Assembly (NCBI GenBank): GCA_022605425.2
Contig: CM061247.1
Coordinates: 868,001 to 932,000, forward strand
Source of the DNA: Hamiltosporidium tvaerminnensis FI-OER-3-3
Taxonomy: Eukaryota > Fungi > Microsporidia
Direction: 5' to 3'
DNA length: 64,000 nt
The notes beneath the pieces are model-generated. The model saw nothing but the letters and a program-made list of their open reading frames with translations, made no database searches and was not told the origin of the DNA. A program made the position numbers and the translations under genes. How positions within the stretch are numbered: the first letter of the stretch is position 1; every line of letters starts with the position of its first letter. Of the stretch, positions 51,575 to 64,000 are shown piece after piece.

Positions 51575-51772
51575 ATAGAAAGATCGTTGATATACATGTC
51601 TATTTTCATGAACATTTATATGAAACTTTAAAAATTTAATTTAAAAATATTAATAATTAAAATTATGAAACATTTTTGAGTATATTGGCACAAAAAGATA
51701 TGAGTGCTAGGCCAGCCAGACTTTTTTTTAGAGGTCAATGTAGTTCGTGGCGCAAAAGTTTGGAGACTTCTG
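51575..51772 (-). mobile_element. Other half of the hAT fossil, ending in a Charlie/Buster-like TIR
   Basis: 51575-51650 aligns with 33797-33876; the terminus reads CAGAAGTCTCCAAACTTTT on the minus strand, similar to CAGGGGTCTCCAAAC termini. Confidence 0.75.
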
Positions 51773-52859
51773 TTATAGACTTCTATCTATGATAACATGT
51801 TATAGAATATATGTGCTCTGTTTTGTAGTTATATCTTTATTGTTCTAGGATCATAGTTCAAGCAATTTACGGTCCTAGATTTTGATTTTACCAGGTTTTC
51901 TATAAAATATTTGACTTTGACTCTTAAAATCTTAAAAAACCAATTCTTCAGTTCCAGTCCCGAGATTTATTTTATTATACGTAAATTAATTTTCTCTCGA
52001 ACTGATATAGAATCTATCGATTTCCTGAAAAACTCTTAATATGAAGATTTTTGGTTCAACTTGGCTCAATATTTTTGTTTCTTCAGTTTTTTCATTCTCG
52101 CTTATTGAGGGTTATTTTTTTAACTTATTTATAGTGCTGCATGACTAAATAAATAATTTAAGTGCTGAAAATCTGTGAAAAACCTTTTAGGCAATACCTA
52201 GGTCTTTCTTTCCCAAATTAACCACAAATTTTGATACGACAATTTTTCGGATTCTAATAGTCTAGAAGTAATGTAAAGCCATCAGTCTTTATCTAATGCA
52301 AATGTTCCATGCAAATATTTGCGGTGTAATTTTTTACGTAAAATATAAGATCTTCGATATAAAGTGTTAAATAGATCAATTGTCGGTATAAGTGATAATA
52401 CAGTGAAATATGCAATAATATCAGCCTCTTTTTATGTAGTTTGAATCCTATGATTAGAATCATTTAAGAAGGCTAGTTTACGATTGATGTACACTCCTTG
52501 TATTTTATAACATTTTCTGACTTTTATAATATTTTTCGTATCTTTTTGCGCCAATTTTATATTATTTTTGAAATTTGCGTTATCAGCTTTAATATTTATT
52601 TGATTAAAAAGACAGAGTTGATCTAAAGTTTCTATTTTTAAGAGTATAAATCAAAAAAATGGAATCAACAAGAAATATTCAATCAGTGGAATTTCTAATA
52701 AAAAAATTATTCATCTAATGCATTTGAAGTTTTTAATATCATAAAAATGCATTTTTTTATATTTAATTTAAATTTGACAGTTTTTTTTCTTTCAATTTTT
52801 TTATTTTTCCATATCTGGAATATATGTTAGTATTTAATCAAACCACAAGCTTTCACCCT

Positions 52860-54185
52860 ATGCTTCTTAAATCTTTTCTTATCCTGGTTCTTGGGTATTA
52901 CAAATTTACTATTCAAACAACTTCTGATCAAGAAGAATTATTATCTAATGATGAAATAGATAATGATAATTTCGTTAGTGAAGAATATTTGTGGAATCAG
53001 TTGACTGATTTTTCTAGAAACTGTTTAAAAAATGCTATTGAAAAAAATAATATCAAATCAAAAAATTTTCTTTTAAGTATGCAAACATCTTTTGATAAAT
53101 TTAATGAGAGAAAAGAACCTTTTAAAGTATTATCAAATAATCAACTTTGCTTCGTTTTATTTTTCAAAGTAAATGAAGATTTTGATACAAATGATTTTTC
53201 AGGTTTAATTTATGAAGTAATCAATACATCGAATAGATATATTAAAGATCTCTTAAAAAAAAATCCAATTTTAGCAAAATATGCCAATTCAAATCAGTTG
53301 AAGAATTCTTACGAGCTTTTTATTAAAGAAAAACGTAAAAATTCTAAATTTTATTTATGCATCGGCTTTAAAAAAGCTATCAAAGAAATAATAAATATAG
53401 ATCGGTTTAATAAAGTTAAGAAAAGGTTTTTCTGGAAAAAAAGAAATTGTGATTTGGAAAAATCATTCTTTGTTGTTTTTAGTGATTATTTAAACGAATA
53501 TGATCAAATAACACTTTATAAAGCAGTTAAGCGGACCTCAAGAAATTATGATCCTAAATGTTTGAATCTACATATTTTTTTAAAAAAAAGAAAAAGTATA
53601 ATTGATTCTTTGAGTCTTTTATTTGACAAAAGTTCACATCTATCGTATTATACGAGATTTTCAGTCTTTTATTTCGGAAAGATGGAATTACGCTATCATG
53701 AGCACATCGAAACATCTCTAAATAAAAATCATGAAAGTATTTGTTTGCTTGAAACAAATCTTTTGAAAAACTCCTCAATCAACAGCCAGAAAAATATTTA
53801 TAAGATATTTTCATTTGATGTTTTCGACAAAAAAGATTTTTTTGATTTAATTATTACGAATAATTTGATATTTAAATCATTTTTTAATTTAAAATTTTCT
53901 ATTTTCATTGAAAAATATAAAACAAATAATCGAAACAAGGTCCATAAAGAAATCATATTTTATATTGTTCTTGGGCTCAATGATATTAAAAAATATAAGT
54001 TTACGCTTAAGTTAAATCTAGATAATGAAATAATGAAATTTAAAGTCAAACGTTATTTAAATGGAGAGACCAAATCAAATAAAATAAAAATCGAACAAAT
54101 CGCAGAAATGGGTCTCATATTAAAAGAGATAGCATATGAATATGAAAGAATGCCTCTAAATATCAGTTTTTTCCAAAATAATTAA
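52860..54185 (+). CDS. Putative secreted lineage-specific protein (signal peptide MLLKSFLILVLG..)
   Basis: ORF 52824..54185; CCC 1 nt before ATG 52860; the paralogue at 55672 starts at the equivalent Met. Confidence 0.8.
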   Translation: MLLKSFLILVLGYYKFTIQTTSDQEELLSNDEIDNDNFVSEEYLWNQLTDFSRNCLKNAIEKNNIKSKNFLLSMQTSFDKFNERKEPFKVLSNNQLCFVLFFKVNEDFDTNDFSGLIYEVINTSNRYIKDLLKKNPILAKYANSNQLKNSYELFIKEKRKNSKFYLCIGFKKAIKEIINIDRFNKVKKRFFWKKRNCDLEKSFFVVFSDYLNEYDQITLYKAVKRTSRNYDPKCLNLHIFLKKRKSIIDSLSLLFDKSSHLSYYTRFSVFYFGKMELRYHEHIETSLNKNHESICLLETNLLKNSSINSQKNIYKIFSFDVFDKKDFFDLIITNNLIFKSFFNLKFSIFIEKYKTNNRNKVHKEIIFYIVLGLNDIKKYKFTLKLNLDNEIMKFKVKRYLNGETKSNKIKIEQIAEMGLILKEIAYEYERMPLNISFFQNN

Positions 54186-55671
54186 ATTTAAGTTTTAAAG
54201 ATGTAAGTTTATTTTAATTTTTAGAAATCATTAAATTTCTATAAATAATTTATTTAAAATCTATAATTATCGATATAAATACGATGCATTTTGCAATGTA
54301 AATATTTTTTTATAAATAAATTCGAGAACCAATCAGAATAACTGTATATTTATGATCTTAATTTTTAAAAACAATTTTTAAATTTCGATTACTACAATAG
54401 CTCATAGATCTTGTTTTTTTCTCAATTAGCGTATCGAAACTAGAAGCAATTATTTTTTTTGTCTTATTAATCGAGTAAAAATATTTATGTCGTTATATTT
54501 CTTAAATTAATATTTATACATGAATATCACATCTTTTTATGCCAGCCACAAAGGATAGATTTTTTTAGAAATCAATGTATGTCTGCGTTTTACCTAAATA
54601 ACTGGTTCCTTAACATTTCATTGGTACCTCATCAAATCCTACATACCGAACCGGTTCAGCCGAGGATGTGCCGAACTATTTTAATGAGCGAGGTAGTTGC
54701 CTAAATTTCATTAATGTTCGTTTCAGGTGTGTATTCGTAGTTCAAAAAATGACCACTGCTCATTTTTAAGCCAGAAACTTACCATCCTGCTTTACACTTT
54801 CCGAACCTAATAGACTTCCAGATAAGATATCTCGGTGACTTACATCGAATTTATCTAAACGAGCAATATAATATCAAATACATAACCTAAATATTTGCTT
54901 TTTGTTGTTGCTTCCAGACGTTAAGTCTTCCAAACTGTGTAGCTACACTAAGTTTTTTCTACATTATAATCCAAATTACTTGCGATTTCTATCATGATTT
55001 GGAATATCGCTACAGGAAAACAAACTTAACCTCGTAAGAAAATATTCAACGCTTTTTTGACTTCGTTTTTTTATTAAATTTACAGAACCACCGCAAATTT
55101 GTTGTGATTTTCGTCTTAACAAAATTTAAACAAAGCTTTGTACACGAATTAGACTCAATCATGGCCAAATAGATTACTTTTATTGTGATTAGCACCTTCA
55201 AGTCGAATTATTATTGGAGGAAATAGATAGGCAAAAATTGGGTTAGTTTTGACATATGAGTAGAATAGAAAATAAAAGAAACCCAAAGAGAATTTGTGAA
55301 GCAAGATACAAGGCAAAAAATCAAAAAGTGACGAAGACTAACTGTTTGACTCATTGAAACTGAGCTTCTATGAAAAAGTAAAGGACCCATAAATCCAGGA
55401 AACTGAACAGCAACAGAATATGTTGACATATTTGTTCCTTCTCAGCACTGACAGGTACAAGAGGAATAGAATAAGAAGGTAAGTAAATCGCTATCATCGC
55501 TTCAACATTTTTTCTAATGAAAGTATATAATAAATTAAAAAAATGGTTTTGACCACTATATCACCATTTTTATGATTTTATTAAAAAAAAATTTTCAATT
55601 TTTTTTCATTTCTCTATATTCGGTAATTTAAATTTTTTTGATATTTATTGTAGTTATTGGATTGAATCCTT

Positions 55672-56974
55672 ATGTTTCTTAAATTGTTTCTTATTTTGGT
55701 TCTTGGGTATCACAAATCTATTATTCAAGCAACTTCTGATCGAGAAGAATTACTATCTAAGGATGAAATAGAGAATGATAATGTCGCTATTGAAGAATAT
55801 TTGTGGAATCAGTTGACTGATTTTTCTAGAAACTGTTTAAAAAAAGTTATTGAAAAAAGACATATCAAATCAAAAAATTTTCTTTTAAGTATGCAAACAT
55901 CTTTTGATAAATTTAATGGGCAAAAACGATTTTTTGACGCTTCCTTAGAAAACAATTTTTATTTTATTTTGTACTTCAAAATCAGTGAAAATTTCGACTT
56001 TAAAAATCATTATACTTCAATTTATCAAGCAACCAATAAATCTAATAAATATATTAAATACCATCGAGAAAAAAATAAAATTCAAACTAAATTGTGGATT
56101 TCAAGTCTTTCGAAAGATCCTTACAGACTTCTTTTTAAAGAAAGATGCGAGAAAATGAAATATTATTTATATATAAGTTTTTTAAAAGATATTAAAACGA
56201 TTATAAATATTCATCGATCTAAAAAAAATCGATCGGAATTTTTAGAAAGAAAAGCAATCATTGTTTTCAGAACTCATTCTTTGTCGCTTTTAATGATTAT
56301 TTAAACGAATATGATCAAATTAGTTTGTACCATGCCGTTAATCTGGCACCTAAAAACGTTGAAAATTTCGAATGTTTAAATTTACACATATTTTTAACGA
56401 AAAAAGTCGATTTTTTTAATTATTTTGGGCAAGGATTTGATATAAAATCACTTGAATTATTTTTTTCAAAGTTTTCTATTTTTTATTTTGACAAAATGAA
56501 ATTGAAGATTGAATATCAAATCGAAATATTCACAAAACAAATACCCGATGAAAATATTTGTTTGCTTGAAAGAGATCTTTTAAAAGTTTCGGAAATAAAT
56601 AATCATGAAAATATAAATAAGGTATATTTTTTTTATATTTTGAGTAAAAATGATTTACTAGATTGATAAAAAAGAAAACATTCAATGTACATTCATTTTT
56701 TAATTTAAAATTTTCATTTTCAACCGAAATTTTTGACACAAAAAATGAAAAGAACGTTTATAAAAAGATTAAATTCAATATCTATATTGGATTAAATAAT
56801 ACAATAGAATATGCTTTTACTCTAAATCTGAATAAAAACGATGAAATGATTGAATTTATAGTCCAATCTTACTCATGTTATGCGAAAGAGCAAAATTCTT
56901 ATAGTTTTAAAGAGCTAACAGATATTAAAACTAAATTGAATGAAATAGCACGTGAGTATGAAAAGCAAGATTAA
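55672..56974 (+). pseudogene. Tandem paralogue of the 52860 gene with two frameshifts (about 56230 and 56662)
   Basis: Shares EEYLWNQLTDFSRNCLK, KSKNFLLSMQTSFDKFN, DYLNEYDQ, CLNLHIFL and SFFNLKFS across three consecutive ORFs. Confidence 0.8.
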
Positions 56975-59900
56975 TTATCTTTTTATAAGTAATTAATAAT
57001 CCTTTTATAAGTAATTAAAAATATTTTAAAAATTTAAAAGTTAAATTTATTTAAAATTTTAAACTGAACCGATAATTATTTCGTGTTTTATAATAAAAAA
57101 ATCTCTCTTGTATGTCTACACTGGATTATACTTTGGGCCAAAAGTAATATTCAACAATAATTGTGACTTTTAACTCATATAGTAGGTACAATACAAAGTA
57201 TATTTTTATAATTTTGAATAAAAACACAAACCTCTTCCAAAAAATAAAAAATTTAATAAAATAATATTGTTTGACTGACTTTTTTAAAAAAGAATAAAAA
57301 CTTAAAATTAAATGAAAGTAGAAGATAATAAAAGTAAAAATTAAAATGCAAGAAATCCTCCAAAAAAATCAGATATTTTAAAAATTCATGAAATAAACAA
57401 ATTTATAGAAAATAATTTATTTTAATTTCCCTGATTTATATGTTCTGCTATTTTTTTAAAATTTCTACATATGACTCTTTTCTGTATTTTAATTGAAAAA
57501 ATGAAAAATTCAGAAAGAAAATTAAATATAGTACAATATATACTAAATAAGCCTAAACTAGAAGTCTTTGTCTAGGGCTTATTTTTTTACTTTTTTATTA
57601 ATATATTTTAATCCTAGTTTATGCAATTCAACACGTGTGTATAATGAAGAAACACAAAAGGACAGAATAAAATAACTATAAAAAATTGTTTAATTTGTTA
57701 TCAAGTAAATATAATTAAAACGTGTATTGTGGATATCAAAGCCTGATAAAAATAAATAGAAGGAATAATTTTTAATTTATACCCGGAAATAATGATGCAT
57801 ATATGAGTCATATAGATTTTCTCACATCTATCTATTACATTATTATAAGATATAGAATAAAATACGACAGTGAATTATAGAATAACATAAAATAACTTGT
57901 ATAATGCGGTTTTTAATTTTATTATTCAAGATATCATAAAATATCTAATAATTATCAAAATCGGGTCGGAATTTACTTATAATTATTTTATATCGTTCAC
58001 CCAAAATTAATAACAATTTGTTGGTTTTTTGTGTATTTTAATTTTAATCAAAGAAAATTTCAAGCATTTCGATGAATCTTCTAATTATTTGATTTATTTC
58101 AGTATATTATTGTTATTTTAAGCCAGTTCCTCTGTTTAAAATTTTATATTCAATTCGGTAAATTATAAACAACCGAAATCGTTTTACTTCAAATAATTTA
58201 ACTAAATTCTCTCAAAAAAACTGCTTATTATCGATATCTTGCTTTATAGTTTCAAAAAAATGGGCAACCAAGTTTAAATATGAAAAAGTTGCAAAAAAGA
58301 CGTATGTGATTTACCGAAAAAATCTAGCGGTCAGTGTATAAAGTATAAATGGCCTTAAAACTGTTTAATGAAGTAAATATGGGCAACCGTGTTAAATTAT
58401 ATTATAAAATATCATTATGCCTCTGCATGGGCAGTTGTGTAGAATCTGTTAAAATACATACAAATCAACTAAACCCTAGCTTAGGTATGGGCAGAATAAA
58501 TATGAAAAAATATTTTTTTTTGAACAAAAACTTTATATTTCAGAAACCAAACCTTTTCTTCAAAAACCATATAATACCAATTATTGATTTCAAGTCTGCT
58601 CTTTATTGTTGCATTTTAACCGATAAATATATTTATAATAATCTATAAACCAGAATCTCGTTTTAACTTCTTAGCCCCTGATTTATACAAATTAAGATTA
58701 GTAGCACCCTCGGTGGAAGCGAATTTTCGAATGCATGCGTCTTAATCGACAAACATACATCTATAAATGCTACGTTTCTAATTCATAAATCGTTTTTACC
58801 ATCTATTAAATACTAAAGTTATAAATCTTTAAAAAGCCTCAGTGCCTTGAAATTATTAAAATAAATGAAAATCAATTGTACTTAATTATTAAGTGCTAAG
58901 AAATCTTAAATGAAAATATTTAACGAAAAAAATGCAAATTTATTGAATTTCTCGTAATGGTTGTTTAAGACAGTAAAACCTTTATTTAGAAGCATCACAT
59001 CTTTTTAAAACAGTGGCAGATTTCATATATGTTTTTTTGACATGAACGCAGTTCTAGGTTAAGATAAATAATTTGCACGCCAACACTCCAAAAGTACCCG
59101 CTGCGATACCTACTTCCCTAAGCCTTTCATCTAACAGGTGTTTAAAACCCAATTAATAAGCGTTAAGGTTGCCCGGTGTTCGTTAATGTCTGTTGTAAGG
59201 GGTGTGATCGAAGGCTAAGCCCCCTGGGCTTCCCCAAGACTATCCTGCATTCCCACTTCCCCACACTTTTTGCACCTATCAACTTCTAGCAGGAATGTAT
59301 TTCAGAGACTTAAATGAGGTTTAGCAAGACATTGCAATGTGATACCGACAGGCATAACCTGATACTTAGTTTTCCAGCTTTTAAATGGGTTTATTTTTTA
59401 TATCACCTAGGCACGAAGTCTTCTAAATGAGTGAGCAAGGCTAGGTTTCCATATTTTTACAAGGCAATTACTTACATGTTCAGCGGCAGCTTTTGATCCA
59501 ATTACATAAAAAACTACAAAATAAATTTGCAGAAATAGTTTCACTATTTTTAGACCTCTCCTCCTCATATAAAAGTTCATAGACCAACCAAGGATGTAGT
59601 GTGATTTTATTCCCACCAAAAATAAAAACAATCACCCTCAAACCGGTTTCACACACTCATTGTTAAACTGAAATTTTTTTTTGAGGTTATCCTCCATCCA
59701 CCGTGATACTTTAAATTAAATTCCTTACAGCTATATATAATAATGGAGTAACTTATGAGTTAATCTTCTCATATAATCCTATAGACTCGACTCAAGGTTT
59801 GATTTAATATAAAGATTTTTTAAAAAACCATATAAGCTTTTATTTCAGGTATTGATCAAAACAATAAACTAGCTTATTAATTAAAAATATAAATTTATCA

Positions 59901-61242
59901 GTTCACATAGTTAAAGAGTCAATAAATTATTTTACTTAAAATAATTTCAACAAATATTTAAAAATTGTGCTCTAATACAATTTATGGCATTTTTCTAAAA
60001 AAATAATATGATAAAATTTTCTCGCTTGTTTTTACAATCATATGTTTGTTTATAGTTATATTTTAATCAACATTTAACAGAATCTGCTTCTTTAGAAATA
60101 AATTGTAATTGTTTTAAATATACCTCGAAAAGACAATTTAAATCACAAGGATAATATTTTAGGATAAAAACGAAGCTAATAAGAAAGTGATTGCTATGTT
60201 TTATATATTCTATAGATATCATGTGTATAGGAATAGAAGTTTTTTGTGCTTTTTTAAAATTTAAAAACGAATGAATTTAACTTCTTTCTTTAAAGTATTT
60301 TTTAGATTCTCGACTTGCACGATCGTTTTAACAACATTAGATTATACCTTATCTATATTCGAATTTTAAAAGAAATTGATTCAAGTTTTCTGCGTACCGA
60401 AGCAAAATTCTTTATAGAGAGAGATAAAATATGCGATACATTATCTTATAATTTCAACAAAGAAATTATTTTCTAAAATACAGTTTAAAGAGATTATTTT
60501 CTAATTCGAATTAATAAATTTAAAATTTTTATTTTTAATAAAATACTTTGCTCATAATTATAATCTCTCTTGCGTAAATTGTAATCTAACCAATTAAAAA
60601 TATTTAGAGGCAACGTTTTAAAAAGAAAGTGTTCAGACGAATCTAACAACGATAGTTGTCTCTTTAAATATATAAAATTATTATAAAAATGGACATAGAA
60701 GCTAGATACTATAGATTATGATGGTAAAACACGGTTTAAATACCTTTTTAATGGTTGAAAAAATAGTATTTTAATTTTTTTTGTACTTATACAAAGAGAT
60801 AAGAACTTACAAGTTTACAATTGATGTATTTTAATCCTACCAAGAAAACTATAAAATGTATTTAAGAATATAAATTGTAAAATGAAAAAATAATATATGA
60901 ATTTTACCAATATAACCAATGCTAAAATATATGCTCGCGTAGATTTCCGATTTAGACATATAGAATATTCAATAAAGTAAAAGAATTAAATTCAAAAATA
61001 TTTCCTGAAATCAGTGTGTCATTATGTTCTCCGATGTGAATAGATACCGCAATAGAAGAAAATTTTTCAATGAACGCATCATTTACGCAGATTTATGAAA
61101 ATATAAACTTTGGTATTTGTATTATTTAATTTAGAAAGAAAGAAGTTTTGTGTTTTGAACAATTTATATTCAAATCAAATAGTAGTTTGTTTAGAATATA
61201 ATTCGAAAAAACCTCAAGATGCTATTGCAATCGTTTACAATG

Positions 61243-62448
61243 CTATTCAAAATAATAAAACCTTTTTAGAGACATTACTGGCTGTCTATCAATATTTCTA
61301 TATTGACCTAAAGGTAGATATTCGGTTTTTAATTGTGATTTATTTATCAATTTATCATCATAAAATAATTTGGAATATTTTTTATTTAGAATTTCAAATA
61401 GATTTTTTAATTTTTCATAAAATACTTTTCTGTGGTCAAAAAAGTTCGGTAAAATTTCCAAAGTATTCAAACCCAAATTAAAATCATCCAGATTCCCCTT
61501 TCTTTCAATAGCTTTTAATGTTCGATTAAACTTAGCATTTATTTCTAAATCCATAAGTTTACAACAAAACGCTGTTTTAATTTGATGAGAATATTTTGAT
61601 TTGCTACTATCACAATATTTTATAAATAGATTCAGCTCATCAAATTTATAAAGATTCTGGCAAATCAAAGAAGAAAAGATAGAATGATTTGATGAAGGAA
61701 CAATAAAATATTCATTCAGTTGATAGGTCAAATCATAGGTGATTTGATTTGAATCTACAAATTTCAAATCATAAAATTTTAAAAGCGATTTGAGAATCGG
61801 ATCTAATATTTTACAAATTAAGAAATTTTCATTTATCATTGAATATTCAAATCGTTTAATATCTTTCGTTTGCTTTAAATTACTTAAATGTGCTAATTTA
61901 TTTTCTAACTTAATCAAAGGTTTTTTCTCAACATATATATGAAATTCTGGATTCATTTTAATTCCTTCTTTATTTTTTACATAAATATTGCTCAAATCTA
62001 TTTGTTGAATTTTTATACAACTTAACACAAAATCCGATAGAATTTGTTTGTAGTTTTTATAATCAGAACTTATAAAATTAATTTCGTTTATATATTGTGA
62101 TAGTATATTATTTTTGTGAACGGAAATTTCCTCTACTTCATTGGCTGTTATTTTATTATCTTCTTCAACTGAATCTTCCGCTTTATCTCTCATTTTTTTA
62201 CATTCTTCTTCATCTTCTTGCCTTATAAATATTTTATATTCGTTGATACTTAAATATTGTTCCAAACTTGTTGTAACCAATATATTAATATTTTGTGATG
62301 AGTTTTTATATTTATGAAAACTTAATTCCTCCCCAGACTGCAGATAAATTTCATTTAATGAATAAAATGTTGATGAAACTTCTTTGAAAACCGGAACTAA
62401 AAATTCATGTTTTAAGTTTTCAAATTCGTAAAAAATATTTATTTTCAT
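61243..62448 (-). CDS. Hypothetical lineage-specific protein (401 aa)
   Basis: Long ORF; ACCC 1 nt before the ATG; no recognisable domain. Confidence 0.75.
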   Translation of the reverse strand: MKINIFYEFENLKHEFLVPVFKEVSSTFYSLNEIYLQSGEELSFHKYKNSSQNINILVTTSLEQYLSINEYKIFIRQEDEEECKKMRDKAEDSVEEDNKITANEVEEISVHKNNILSQYINEINFISSDYKNYKQILSDFVLSCIKIQQIDLSNIYVKNKEGIKMNPEFHIYVEKKPLIKLENKLAHLSNLKQTKDIKRFEYSMINENFLICKILDPILKSLLKFYDLKFVDSNQITYDLTYQLNEYFIVPSSNHSIFSSLICQNLYKFDELNLFIKYCDSSKSKYSHQIKTAFCCKLMDLEINAKFNRTLKAIERKGNLDDFNLGLNTLEILPNFFDHRKVFYEKLKNLFEILNKKYSKLFYDDKLINKSQLKTEYLPLGQYRNIDRQPVMSLKRFYYFE

Positions 62449-62749
62449 TGGGTATTTAAAACAAATATAATTTAAAGAAGAATAAATAAAGATTGTTTTC
62501 TATAAGATATTATGATAGAAGGAAGATATTCACACTAAAAACCATCTGATTGATAATTAAAGTAAAGTTGTTGTAAAGTTATTTCTTGAATTTTTAATGG
62601 GATAAATACTTCACCAATTTCGATTTATTCACTGTAATTTGTATGCTAAGCGTAAGGCCATCATGATTATGTAAAATAGTAAGCACTATATAGTTTGTAG
62701 TTTTTTATGTTACTATTTTAATTACAATTGAAATTATATGTAGTTTCTA

Positions 62750-63850
62750 TGTAGAAGGATTGAAACATAGCCTTGCTCGCTTGGGCTAGAAGCATAGCAT
62801 CTGGAGTATACACAAAAATCAAAACCAAAAAAGAACCAAAGATATTAAGTAACGTTTTATATCTTTTGATATGAAAATGCAATCCTAGATGAATCTGGTG
62901 CGAGTCTTCGTGATATATTTTAGCAGAATATTTATTTTTTATGGGAATGCTAAGTAAATGAGTGTGTTTCTAGTCTTGTGAGAGGTAAAAATGAAGTTAA
63001 ACTTGCATTCGCTAGGAAATTAAAAAACACCCGAAATTTTTTTCCATCCTCTATTAGATGGTTTTATATACATTTTAGATGAAAGCCTTTTAGACTTATG
63101 TAACTTTGGAATAGAAATGAAGTTTTGGTGAGCAGTTACTTTTTTAAAAACCAAACTGCTTAAATTTCATAAAAAAATTTAAAATATGTCTGTTTTGGAA
63201 AAAGTTGTAACACAAATTAGATGAAAAAAGTTTTGTTTAATAAGCTTTGCGTTAATATCATATTACTCTCTTTAAGATAATTTTTTGCTATTTAAACTGT
63301 CCAAAGCCTTCTCTACATCAAAATGGTGTCTTAAGTTTATTTGAAGTTCTTTCAACTTGGTTAAATATCTACAATTAGGCTATGATATTTTCCGTATTTG
63401 GATTTTTAACATAATATTTCTTGTGTTATTTGGTTTGTAGCAACATTGGCTTCTCATACATTCCATTCTCTTCCAAAAAACTTACTGACTTTCATTCTAA
63501 AACCTTCAAAGATCGTTTTGAGTTAATCCTCTCATCTATTGAATGAAAATTATTTCGAATATATATAGCACATCAAAAAAAATATTTTCTTCTGTATTCA
63601 TTAATATTTATATCTTTTAAGATATGATTATAATTTACGTCCCAGCAAAATTCTAAATTATTTAATAAAGGATTATGCAACCTCGAACTAATAACTAAAA
63701 CTCTATTGTTCCCACAATATCATCTTTTTCTGGTAACTCAGTTTAACTATTCAGGTGAATCTGGCCCCAATCTTGATTTAAGAAGACCTGTTTTCCCTCT
63801 TCCATTATTTTAGATAAATATCCCGAGTCCAGATTAAAAATTGCGAGATA
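62750..63850 (-). mobile_element. Highly degenerate RT fossil
   Basis: Minus strand HFDVEKALDSL at about 63290-63327 (DxxKAFD motif) and LGPDS at about 63755-63772 (GPDG-like), in the expected order. Confidence 0.45.
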
Positions 63851-64000
63851 GCTCCATTTCATTGTTTCTACCCATAATTTCTAATGCTGTATTAAAAAAC
63901 TTTGTGAACAGAGTAGAAAAAAATTTACATAAAATACTCAAATTTATATCGATTGAGTATGTTAAATTTAGACATTTGTCAAAAATATTCGTTCTTAGGT

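Noticed and set aside
51800-52600. Possible Merlin/ISXO2 transposase relic on the minus strand
   Set aside because: Only one weak motif (KNIEPS*); not enough to call.
54500-55500. Moderately GC-richer spacer between the secreted paralogues
   Set aside because: Probably a decayed element, but no motif or terminus could be identified.

Overview
Very AT-rich, gene-sparse eukaryotic DNA with no introns detected. The gene set (Isd11, Yif1, Vid27, Ndc80, gamma-tubulin, frequenin/NCS-1), the CCC motif just upstream of most start codons and the transposon load fit a large-genome microsporidian (Hamiltosporidium-like; this is inference). Much of the window is mobile DNA: (1) four large and several fragmentary copies of one R4/Dong-like non-LTR retrotransposon (RT + CCHC + restriction-like endonuclease), none intact; (2) a complete TTAA-flanked piggyBac with a disrupted transposase; (3) several hAT (Buster/Charlie-type) fossils; (4) older RT relics. 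Main structural observations: (i) a 13-bp target-site duplication split in inverted orientation, plus continuity with a paralogous empty site, indicates that the segment between two oppositely oriented retrotransposon copies (about 47.1-47.8 kb) is inverted; (ii) the retrotransposon has almost no 5' UTR but ends in a host-promoter-like CCC/AT motif, and one copy has a pseudo-LTR arrangement; (iii) the retrotransposon has landed repeatedly in one hAT family; (iv) an orphan protein starts with an F-tractin-like actin-binding motif; (v) unrelated minisatellites sit in the spacers of housekeeping genes. Coordinates of degenerate fossils are approximate, and all alignments were done by eye.
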